Assembly: GCA_002311645.1 (NCBI GenBank)
Contig: DBYW01000011.1
Coordinates: 10,739 to 74,738 of the forward strand
Reading direction: 5' to 3'
DNA from: Bacteroidales bacterium UBA1176
GTDB taxonomy: Bacteria; Bacteroidota; Bacteroidia; Bacteroidales; WCHB1-69
DNA: 64,000 nucleotides
Both the position numbers and the translations under genes were made by a program. Positions within the stretch are counted from its first letter, which is position 1, and every line of letters begins with the position of its first letter. This document shows, piece after piece, positions 36,517 to 44,251 of this stretch. The notes beneath the pieces were generated by a model. The model saw only the letters and a list, made by a program, of their open reading frames with translations, was not told the origin of the DNA and made no database searches.

Positions 36517-37098
36517 ATGCCTTACAATAGTGACTTGTTGAAAGTTAAGCAGACGGAATACTCGCTGACGGCGGGAAGGATACTGATATCCGTGCCCTAC
36601 TACAACGATGCTTTTTTCAACCGGTCGGTGGTCCTGCTGACGGATTATGACCAGCAGCATTGTGCGGGGCTGATTGTCAACCATAGGTTGCCCTTCCCGG
36701 TGCGCGACCTCGTGGACGAGCTGCCGATAGACGCCCCCATGCATCTCGGCGGCCCGGTGATGCCCACCGCACTCTTCCTGCTGCATAATTATAGTGAGAA
36801 CGAGGCCTCCGCCCGTATTGTGCCCGATGTTTATGTGGGGTACGACAAGACTCTGCTGTCGCTCATCTTGAACCATGCGGTTGCCAACTTGCGCTACAAG
36901 TTCTTGATGGGCTACGCCGGTTGGGCGCCAGGCCAGTTGGAGGGCGAGTTGCGCAGAAATATGTGGGTGATCGGCAACCCGACGTCGGACCTTGTGTTCC
37001 GCACCGAACCCGAAAAGGTCTGGGAACAGGCCGTGCGGATTTTAGGCCCTGAATACAAACATTGGCTGCAAGTCCCCAAGTTCATCAACCTTAATTAA
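36517..37098 (+). CDS. YqgE/AlgH family protein (UPF0301)
   Basis: GRILISVPYYNDAFFNRSVVLLTDYDQQHCAGLIVN and GYAGWAPGQLEGEL are signature stretches. Confidence 0.85.
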   Translation: MPYNSDLLKVKQTEYSLTAGRILISVPYYNDAFFNRSVVLLTDYDQQHCAGLIVNHRLPFPVRDLVDELPIDAPMHLGGPVMPTALFLLHNYSENEASARIVPDVYVGYDKTLLSLILNHAVANLRYKFLMGYAGWAPGQLEGELRRNMWVIGNPTSDLVFRTEPEKVWEQAVRILGPEYKHWLQVPKFINLN

Positions 37099-37135
37099 GA
37101 GGGGATTTTGTTCTGTTGTAAGTGGTTGTAATATA

Positions 37136-38830
37136 TTATCTTGCCTCGTCTATGTTAAAGTCTTCCTCTAAATCCCAGTAGGCACGGACAGTAAGACCTT
37201 TCGTGAAATAGATGATCGGCTCGGGTTGTATGCTGTGGTGATAGTCGCCCGTGTCCCAACGCCCGTTGCCGTTGAGATCCAAGATGGCGCGGAGGGAATA
37301 GTTGCCAGGTTCCAGATGCTCGTAGCGGATAGTGGCATCCTGCGTCAAAATATCCTGCTGTACAATACTTGTTCCGCTGAAAAGCTGCATGATGACGGGA
37401 CATGTGATCGTGCCCAACTGGTAGTTGAGCGTGATGTCGCCATATTCTTTCTCCGATTTCATGGAGAAAGAGCAACGTAAAGTGTCTTGTGTCAAACCGT
37501 TATACCCCAAAAACAGGGAGTCCGGAATCATGACGTCGTAATGTTTTTTGGTCTCGAAATTATAAAGGATGGGGATCTCGGTTATAAATCCATCGGGCAC
37601 TTGCACTTGCACGATGACGGTGTCACCCTTGCCTTGCCGTTGTGAAAAGATGTAGACGGGGAACGAGTCTAATGGCAGGATGGGGTAGGAGAACTGCAGC
37701 GTTAGCGGCTTGAAACGATGTCCTTCGTTCAGAAATTTGATTCTGAGATATTTGGGAGATCCGCCGCCACCTCCGCGTGTCGGACTGGTTTTGGCCTTGT
37801 AGGGCTTCAAAAGAACTGTGTCCGTATGGCCATTGGCAGTGAAGAGATAGGCCAAGGTGTCGAATTGCGGTGCCTTCAGATACCATGTGAGTGTGTCATG
37901 GCGGGAATTCCAAAGGTGAAAGTGGTCGATGCTGCCGGCTAAGCGGTCTTCTTCGAACTCCGTCACGGGTGTGGAGAATGGGAATTTGTAGACACCTGCT
38001 TCAGGGTTGTCGTAGTGTGCCAGTTTCGGGAAAGAGTCGGCTGCGATGAATGTCTTCAGCAGGATCTCGGCAGGTTGGGGCTCGGGCTCCTTTTCGGATG
38101 CCTCGGCCTGTTCGGTGCTGTCTTGCGCGACGGGCGGCGGGCAGGCTCTCACCAATTCCTTCTGGAACGCGATGGCTTCGTTGGGTAAATCGTAGATGTA
38201 GTTGCTGTTGATGTCCTTGAGGGCGAATATCTTATAATCGCCGGAGGAGATGTTCTGGAAATGAAAGGTGCCGTTTTTCTGGCTCTTGGTGACGTAGTCG
38301 GGGATGGTGGTCAAAGGCAGGGAGTCGATGTCGCGACTGTAGAGCAGCACCAAGAAGTCCTCTTCGGGTGCGAGCGTGTTGGCGTTGATGAGCTTGCCGT
38401 CCAATTGGAACGAGTCGATGGCGGGGCCTGTGGAAAAACTGTAGTGGTAGAGCGGTATCTTGTTGCCTTCGTGATAGTCCTGTATGCAATTGGAGAAGAC
38501 GACATTATAGGTCGTGTTTTCGCGCAGGGTGTCTTTGATCTTGATAATGAGGGTCTTGCCGCTGGTGGTGTAAGTGGGCTGATGTTGCAGGGGAGGGGAG
38601 AACATCACATTCTCGTTCGGGTTGTTGAGGGTGAAGAATTCGTCGAAGGTGATGTGGATCTGGTTGGCATTAAAGTTGACGCTTTGGTTCGCGGGCGTCT
38701 CCTTGGCCATCTTGGGAGGTGTGTTGTCGCGCGGCCCGCCGGTTGGAGTGACGACCTTGGCACAGCCCCCCGCGAACAGGGCGATTGCGACGAACCATTG
38801 CAGATATGTGGAATACCTTCTCAAGACCAC
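37136..38830 (-). CDS. Lipoprotein with an N-terminal bacterial Ig-like (Big_5/SbsA-type) domain
   Basis: FAGGCAKVVTPTGGPRDNTPPKMAKETPANQSVNFNANQIHITFDEF is the typical lipobox plus Big_5 opening. Confidence 0.65.
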   Translation of the reverse strand: MVLRRYSTYLQWFVAIALFAGGCAKVVTPTGGPRDNTPPKMAKETPANQSVNFNANQIHITFDEFFTLNNPNENVMFSPPLQHQPTYTTSGKTLIIKIKDTLRENTTYNVVFSNCIQDYHEGNKIPLYHYSFSTGPAIDSFQLDGKLINANTLAPEEDFLVLLYSRDIDSLPLTTIPDYVTKSQKNGTFHFQNISSGDYKIFALKDINSNYIYDLPNEAIAFQKELVRACPPPVAQDSTEQAEASEKEPEPQPAEILLKTFIAADSFPKLAHYDNPEAGVYKFPFSTPVTEFEEDRLAGSIDHFHLWNSRHDTLTWYLKAPQFDTLAYLFTANGHTDTVLLKPYKAKTSPTRGGGGGSPKYLRIKFLNEGHRFKPLTLQFSYPILPLDSFPVYIFSQRQGKGDTVIVQVQVPDGFITEIPILYNFETKKHYDVMIPDSLFLGYNGLTQDTLRCSFSMKSEKEYGDITLNYQLGTITCPVIMQLFSGTSIVQQDILTQDATIRYEHLEPGNYSLRAILDLNGNGRWDTGDYHHSIQPEPIIYFTKGLTVRAYWDLEEDFNIDEAR

Positions 38831-38893
38831 TGGATAATTGTTTGGCGATGCAAAAATAGATTATTTTTTGAAATGCAGAAAGATTAAGGCAGT

Positions 38894-39355
38894 TTAAGGC
38901 ATGGGTTGGTTGCGTTCTTCCTGCTCCTGGTTCTTGAAACTGTAGTAGTTGAGATCCGTGCGTTCGGTCCAGCCTTGCGAACGCCAGAAGGCGTTGCCGA
39001 TCTCGTTGTGCTTCATCACCAACAGGCCGCTTTTTTTAATGCCCTCTTGCTCGGCAGCAGCGTAGACGGCGTGTAACAGCGCCTTGCCGATGCCTTGGTT
39101 GCGCAGGTCGCTGCGCACCACCGTATGGTAAATGTAGGCGCGTCGGCCGTCCATGCCGCACAAGATGACGCCCACCAAGTCGTCGCCGCGCAGCGCCACG
39201 AAGTTGGAGGTCGGGTTCTTTTTCAGGAACTTGCAGATGCCCTCCTCGGAGTCGTCATAGCCCCGCAAGGCCATGCCATCGGTCACAGACCAGAGGTGAT
39301 ATACTCGCGCATAGTCTTCCGCCGTCATCAGTCGTATGGTAATGTTGGGGTTCAT
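38894..39355 (-). CDS. GNAT family N-acetyltransferase
   Basis: The true start is MNPNITIRLMTAEDYARVYHLW (39355). VVRSDLRNQGIGKALL is the CoA-binding motif. The track extension to 39478 runs through the promoter repeat. Confidence 0.8.
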   Translation of the reverse strand: MNPNITIRLMTAEDYARVYHLWSVTDGMALRGYDDSEEGICKFLKKNPTSNFVALRGDDLVGVILCGMDGRRAYIYHTVVRSDLRNQGIGKALLHAVYAAAEQEGIKKSGLLVMKHNEIGNAFWRSQGWTERTDLNYYSFKNQEQEERNQPMP

Positions 39356-39415
39356 TGTATTGTAAATTTCTGTTATCAAATATGTTGTGAATAGTTCTCT
39401 TGGTAAGAAGAGGCG

Positions 39416-39459
39416 GCAAATGTACATAAATTTTGAATATGCACAGACATGATGTATTT
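39416..39459 (-). promoter_or_regulatory. Promoter-containing 44-nt repeat, copy B (drives the GNAT gene)
   Basis: GCAAATGTACATAAATTTTGAATATGCACAGACATGATGTATTT. The minus-strand -7 box TACATTTG is at 39417-39424. It differs from copy A at 3 positions. Confidence 0.55.
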
Positions 39460-39546
39460 GCCGTGTGAAGTGACGCATGCGTCTCTACAATCACACACGC
39501 AATCGAATGTTTCCCGCCACCGCGCCGGCACGCCCAAATAAAAACA

Positions 39547-39680
39547 GAATTATCCCTTTGAATCATGTGATATCTTTTCTGCGTTTTTCTGCGAGTTCTG
39601 CGGGCGTTTTTTTCCCCCGCAGACCACGCAGATTTTCGCAGATTATCATACCATTTTTTCAAGACTATAAGGGATAATTC
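39547..39680. repeat. Nested palindromic (MITE/REP-like) element
   Basis: A 12-bp perfect terminal inverted repeat, GAATTATCCCTT (39547-39558) with AAGGGATAATTC (39669-39680). It encloses three TTCTGCG words (39577-39602), a T7C5 centre, and three CGCAGA words (39619-39642). Confidence 0.55.
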
Positions 39681-39797
39681 CGTATAAAAAACGATATCCT
39701 GTGAACGGTTTTATCTGTAACTAAATTACTTTTTTTCCGTATATTTCTTACCGTAATTTTTTTAAAGATTTTGTTAGTAGATAAAATCCTCAATTAT

Positions 39798-40016
39798 ATG
39801 GCAACATATCCACACGTCGGTAAAATGATAAAGTCGCAGTTGAAAGCGCAAGGCCGCAGCGCTGTTTGGCTGGCTGCCCAGCTCAATTATGGCACGGACA
39901 ATATATACAAAATCCTGCAGCGGGACCATTTGTCCACGGATGTCTTGTGGAAAGTGTGCGGGGTTTTGGATCACGATTTCTTCAAAGAGATCTCCCAATG
40001 CATCTCGGGCGAGTGA
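39798..40016 (+). CDS. Small XRE-like helix-turn-helix protein (72 aa)
   Basis: GRSAVWLAAQLNYGTDNIYKILQRDHLSTDVLWKVCGVLDHDFF fits an HTH_3-type pattern. The track start 39771 is TTG; ATG 39798 is preferred. Confidence 0.5.
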   Translation: MATYPHVGKMIKSQLKAQGRSAVWLAAQLNYGTDNIYKILQRDHLSTDVLWKVCGVLDHDFFKEISQCISGE

Positions 40017-40020
40017 GTGC

Positions 40021-40048
40021 GGCCTGCAAGTCAGGCCTCTCTTTTTTT
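40021..40048 (+). terminator. Rho-independent terminator after the HTH gene
   Basis: GGCCTG, CAAGT loop, CAGGCC, followed by TCTCTTTTTTT. Confidence 0.65.
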
Positions 40049-40059
40049 AAAAAGCGTCT

Positions 40060-40081
40060 TATTCACATTGCATTGTGAATA
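40060..40081. promoter_or_regulatory. Candidate operator palindrome upstream of the FHA/kinase operon
   Basis: TATTCACA, ttgcat spacer, TGTGAATA (8-bp perfect inverted repeat). It lies 85 nt upstream of the -7 box at 40167. Confidence 0.3.
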
Positions 40082-40166
40082 TTATTTTCTATGAAAACCG
40101 CGCTTTGGTAAAATATTTACATATTCTGTTGTAAATTCGATGCTAAAGTTGTATGTTGATAAATTA

Positions 40167-40174
40167 TATTTTTG
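40167..40174 (+). promoter_or_regulatory. -7 promoter box for the FHA/kinase/phosphatase operon
   Basis: TATTTTTG lies 28 nt upstream of ATG 40202. It is the only TAnnTTTG box I noticed in the intergenic gaps of the 10-gene array. Confidence 0.45.
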
Positions 40175-40201
40175 CCTTTTAAAATATATTAAAGTTTAAA
40201 A

Positions 40202-41332
40202 ATGATTAGATGTGAAAATTGTGGCTGGAGCAATAATCCAGACGGAAGTACCACTTGTCAAAAATGCGATAGCCCTCTGATGAGAGCTTCTGCGTCTAAT
40301 TCCAACGAAAAAGCGGCTCAAGAAGAAAAGGTTGAGCCCAAACCCAACAGACCGTTGCGTCAGACCATACGCGAGATACTGAAGGATCCCTCCCCAAAGG
40401 ATTCCTCTCCCAAGGATTCTGAAAAATCCTCCAATGAAAGTCGTATGACGCAGAGAATCGGTAAAGTGGTTGAACCTGCCTCTTCTGAAAAGGAGGCCTC
40501 CGAACCCAAGTCTGAGCCCAAGACGGCGGAACAATCCAAGAGCACGGAGGCTTCTGCTCCTCAGGCCTCGGCGTGTCCTTCATGCGGATACCCTCTGCGC
40601 CCGGGCAGTCTGACGTGCCCCAAATGCAACACCTCCGTTGCCGCGCGCACCGTGCACGACAAACCCTCTCCGTTGAAGGGAACAGTCATAGAAGTTCCCC
40701 CGACAGAAGAGAAAGAGACGTCATCGGCACAGAAGAACACCGTTTATGAAGGCAACAACCCTCAAAAGGGTACTTTTTTCCAGGGTAAAGACCCTCAGAA
40801 AAGCACCCGTTATGAAGGCTTTAATCCTCAAAAATCCACCCGTTATGAAGGTGTCAATCCGTTGAGGGCGACGCGCCGTGAAGGCCAGTTCCCGCAAAAA
40901 GGCACTATCAATGAGCATATTGACGAGTCCCGGGAGCCGGTGAAGACCCCGAATCCTGCGTCCGCCGAGCCGAAGGTCGCCGAAGTTGTGAGTAAGGGTA
41001 CGGTTTTCCCAAGTCATCTGACAGATGATGAGCCACAAAAGGGAAAATCCATCCGCATGACAGCCTTGAATGTCGGTGAACGCCCCGATTTCGCTCCGAT
41101 AGACCTTGAGTTCTCGGACAAGGAGGTTGTCCTCAACAGGGGCAATGTCGCTCCCAACGACCTCACGATCTCTCGTTCCGCACAGGCCCTGCTCACCTGC
41201 GAGGATGGACATTGGTATATAGAAAACAAAAGTCGCCTGTTGACCACTTCATTGGTCCTTGACAAAAAACACGAGCTTCAGGATGGCGACATTGTAATCA
41301 TTGGGGACAAAATGTTCAGAATCGGCTTCTAA
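40202..41332 (+). CDS. Double zinc-ribbon protein with a disordered linker, NPQK tandem repeats and a divergent C-terminal FHA domain
   Basis: CENCGWSNNPDGSTTCQKC and CPSCGYPLRPGSLTCPKC. Five copies of (Y/F)(E/Q)GxNPQK(G/S)T. The C-terminus VVLNRG...ISRSAQALLTCEDGHWYIENKS...LQDGDIVIIGDKMFRI is FHA-like, with His replaced by Gln. Confidence 0.75.
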   Translation: MIRCENCGWSNNPDGSTTCQKCDSPLMRASASNSNEKAAQEEKVEPKPNRPLRQTIREILKDPSPKDSSPKDSEKSSNESRMTQRIGKVVEPASSEKEASEPKSEPKTAEQSKSTEASAPQASACPSCGYPLRPGSLTCPKCNTSVAARTVHDKPSPLKGTVIEVPPTEEKETSSAQKNTVYEGNNPQKGTFFQGKDPQKSTRYEGFNPQKSTRYEGVNPLRATRREGQFPQKGTINEHIDESREPVKTPNPASAEPKVAEVVSKGTVFPSHLTDDEPQKGKSIRMTALNVGERPDFAPIDLEFSDKEVVLNRGNVAPNDLTISRSAQALLTCEDGHWYIENKSRLLTTSLVLDKKHELQDGDIVIIGDKMFRIGF

Positions 41333-41336
41333 GGTT

Positions 41337-42629
41337 ATGTCAACAATTGTAAAGCGTTGTGATTTCAAGATAGATGACGTCATACAGGGAAGGTATGTCG
41401 TTCAAAAGGTGCTGGGCGAGGGTACATTCGGCAAGGTGTACAAGGTCACGGACAGACACGACCCCTCGAAGCCGGTGGCTTTCAAGCTGCTGAAATTGTG
41501 GGAAGTGCCCCCGACCATCCGCGAGGAACTCCAGCAGCGTTTCCAGATGGAGTTCGAGACGGGCCGCATCGACAGCCCCTACTTAGTCCGCTCCATGGAC
41601 TATGGCATCGAAGGCGGCAACCCTTTCTTCGTCATGGAGTTCTGTCCTAACGGAGACATCAGCAAGTTTATACCTTCCTCTCCTGCGGATGTGATTCCGG
41701 ACGAGAAGCTGTGCGACATTTTCAGCAATGTGCTTTTAGGCTTGCGTATGCTTCACAGTTGTGGCAAGGTGCATCGCGACTTGAAACCCGAGAACGTTTT
41801 ACTCAAGGAGAACGACTTTGCCGTGCTGACCGATTTCGGCATCTGCGGCGACCGCAATAACCGGATGACGGAGCGCAACATCTTAGGCAAGCCCATGCAG
41901 ATGTTCGGCACATACGCCTACATGCCGCCAGAACAACTGCGGCGCGTTAGGGGCAATGCCACGGTACTCCCCACCACCGACATTTTCTCTTTCGGCGTGC
42001 TGGTATACCAGCTTATCACGGGCCGGCTTCCATTCGGCAGCATGGAAGACCAGAACCAGCTGGTGATGTATCAGAAAAACGCCACCGCAGGGCAATGGGA
42101 TCGCACCCAGCTCAACCGCTACGGTGTCCATCCCCGCTGGCGCGAAATCGTCGAGGGCTGCCTTGTGCCCGACTACAAGGAGCGCTTCCAAAGTGTGGAT
42201 GAATGCCTTAAATGCATACCGAATGTGCATCATTCCCATACGGAGAATGTCGCGGCATCCTATCAGGGCAATGGCCGCCGGCTGCGTGTCATGCAGGGCG
42301 AGGAATACGGCAAGGTCTATGACTTGATGGCCCTGCTGAAAAGCCACGGCTCCTTGTTGTCCATGGGATGCAAGCCGGAAAACGACATCCATGTCCGCGA
42401 AGAACTCTCGTTTGTCATTTCCCGCCGCCATTGTACCTTGGAGACGGAAGACGGCGGGCGCACGTGGTTTGTGCGCGACGGACAGTGGATTGCGGACAAG
42501 CGCGAATGGTGCCGCTCCACCAACGGCACATTCCTGAATTCGACCGAAGTTACGCAAGACGGCCTGGAATTGTCACCGGGTGACATCTTGACCATCGGCG
42601 ATGCAAAACTTCGATATGAAATCTTTTAA
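41337..42629 (+). CDS. Hanks-type Ser/Thr protein kinase with a C-terminal FHA domain (no TM segment)
   Basis: GEGTFGKVYKV, VAFKLLK, HRDLKPENVLL, TDFG and YMPPEQ make up the kinase. FVISRRHCTLE...STNGTFLNSTEV...LSPGDILTIGDAKLRY is the FHA. The start is ATG 41337, 4 nt after the preceding stop. Confidence 0.9.
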   Translation: MSTIVKRCDFKIDDVIQGRYVVQKVLGEGTFGKVYKVTDRHDPSKPVAFKLLKLWEVPPTIREELQQRFQMEFETGRIDSPYLVRSMDYGIEGGNPFFVMEFCPNGDISKFIPSSPADVIPDEKLCDIFSNVLLGLRMLHSCGKVHRDLKPENVLLKENDFAVLTDFGICGDRNNRMTERNILGKPMQMFGTYAYMPPEQLRRVRGNATVLPTTDIFSFGVLVYQLITGRLPFGSMEDQNQLVMYQKNATAGQWDRTQLNRYGVHPRWREIVEGCLVPDYKERFQSVDECLKCIPNVHHSHTENVAASYQGNGRRLRVMQGEEYGKVYDLMALLKSHGSLLSMGCKPENDIHVREELSFVISRRHCTLETEDGGRTWFVRDGQWIADKREWCRSTNGTFLNSTEVTQDGLELSPGDILTIGDAKLRYEIF

Positions 42630-42675
42630 AATAGAAAACACAGTTAACTTTATTATTAATTAAAACAACAATGCT

Positions 42676-44190
42676 ATGAGTAAAACAGACTCCTTTAAGT
42701 CCTCCTTCGGCGGCACCGTCGGTTCCGGTATGAAATCCGTCTTCAACCCGTCCGGCAAGCGGTTCTACATATTGGAACACCGCAATGATTCGCAATACCA
42801 TCGTGCAGGCGAAGCCCAGAACATCATCGTGGATGAGGCCACCATCGGTCGTGACCCCAAGTGCACGGTCCGCTTCGATGAAGACTTCAACACGGTCAGC
42901 CGCATGCATGCCGCCATCCGCCACGAGGGCGAGAATTATGTGCTGTACCATTTGTCAAAGACCAACCCCACGCTCGTGAATGGTTCTCCGGTGCAGGGCA
43001 CTTATTATCTCAAAAACGGTGACGAGATCCAGCTCTCCTCCAACGGACCGCGTCTCGGATTCATCATCCCCCAAGGCGAACAGTCTCTCGTGAAGAGCCT
43101 CGGCCTCACCGCTCGTCTCAATCTTTTCCGCAAACAGGCCCTGCGTCCCTACAAGACCGCGCTGTCCATCCTTTGCGCCCTCCTCGCGCTCGCTATCGCC
43201 GGTGGCGTTATCTATGGCGTCAAGAGCAACAAGAAAATCAAAGAACTGACCATTTTGTCCGATCAGTTGAAACATCAACAAGATTCCTTGCTCTTGGAAC
43301 AGACGCGTATCCAAAACCTCCTTGACTCCATGGACAGAGTGGAACCCACCGTCAAGCATGTCTGGCACAATGGCGCTGTGGTTGATGCGAAAAAGCTCAA
43401 AGACGAAATGGAAGCCGGTATCGCTCCGGAATACATCACCTCGCTTGATCAGGTCAAGGGCAGTGTCTGCTATGTCGAGACAACCGTCATGGCGGATGTT
43501 GAAGGCGAACCGTTCGAGGTCGGCAAAGTGTCGGGCAGCGGTTTCCTCCTTTCTGACGGCACCTTCATCACCGCGCGTCACATGGTCACGCCGTGGCTCT
43601 ATCCCTCCAGCATCCTCGACCTCTTCATGAACTCCAAGGCTTCCACCGATGAGGTGTTCCTCTATTCCAAGGTTAAAGTGTTCTTTGGCGACAAGAGCTT
43701 TACCCTCAACAGCAACGACTTCAAGATGGATGTCAGCAAGGACGTGAAATGGACGGACGGCAACGGTACAGTTTACAATGTCGCCTTCCCCATGAACAGC
43801 GAGCACAACATGAAGGCCATGAGCACCGACTGGGCTGCAGCTGCCACCCGTTACAAAGGCAATATCCAAATCGATGCCGCCGCATCCATGTCTCCGGTCA
43901 GTGGCCAAGATGTGTACATCATGGGCTTCCCTGGCGGATTGGGCTATAAGGATAGTGAAGATGTCGAGAATATTGTCAATCCGATCTACAACCAGACCAC
44001 GATTGCCCGTCAGGGCCTCAACAATGCCGACTGCATCACCATTTCCAACACGGTTGACCACGGCAATTCCGGCGGTCCTGCCTTCATCATTCGCGACGGC
44101 AAGCTGTATGCCATTGGCATCGTCTCGCGTATCGACAAGGATTCGCAGAAATATGCTCACATCGTTCCTATCAAGAACGTTGTGCGTTAA
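42676..44190 (+). CDS. FHA domain, TM helix, coiled coil and trypsin-like serine peptidase fusion protein
   Basis: TIGRDPKCTVRF..VSRMHAAIRHEGENYVLYHLSKTNPTLVNG...GDEIQL is the FHA. ALSILCALLALAIAGGVIYGV is the TM. GSGFLLSDGTFITARHMV (His), DWAAA (candidate Asp) and VDHGNSGGPAF (Ser) form the protease triad. Confidence 0.85.
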   Translation: MSKTDSFKSSFGGTVGSGMKSVFNPSGKRFYILEHRNDSQYHRAGEAQNIIVDEATIGRDPKCTVRFDEDFNTVSRMHAAIRHEGENYVLYHLSKTNPTLVNGSPVQGTYYLKNGDEIQLSSNGPRLGFIIPQGEQSLVKSLGLTARLNLFRKQALRPYKTALSILCALLALAIAGGVIYGVKSNKKIKELTILSDQLKHQQDSLLLEQTRIQNLLDSMDRVEPTVKHVWHNGAVVDAKKLKDEMEAGIAPEYITSLDQVKGSVCYVETTVMADVEGEPFEVGKVSGSGFLLSDGTFITARHMVTPWLYPSSILDLFMNSKASTDEVFLYSKVKVFFGDKSFTLNSNDFKMDVSKDVKWTDGNGTVYNVAFPMNSEHNMKAMSTDWAAAATRYKGNIQIDAAASMSPVSGQDVYIMGFPGGLGYKDSEDVENIVNPIYNQTTIARQGLNNADCITISNTVDHGNSGGPAFIIRDGKLYAIGIVSRIDKDSQKYAHIVPIKNVVR

Positions 44191-44251
44191 TTGGAACAGG
44201 TTGTTTGAATGCCAATTTCTTTAGATTATTAAGTATTAAATATATTAAAGT

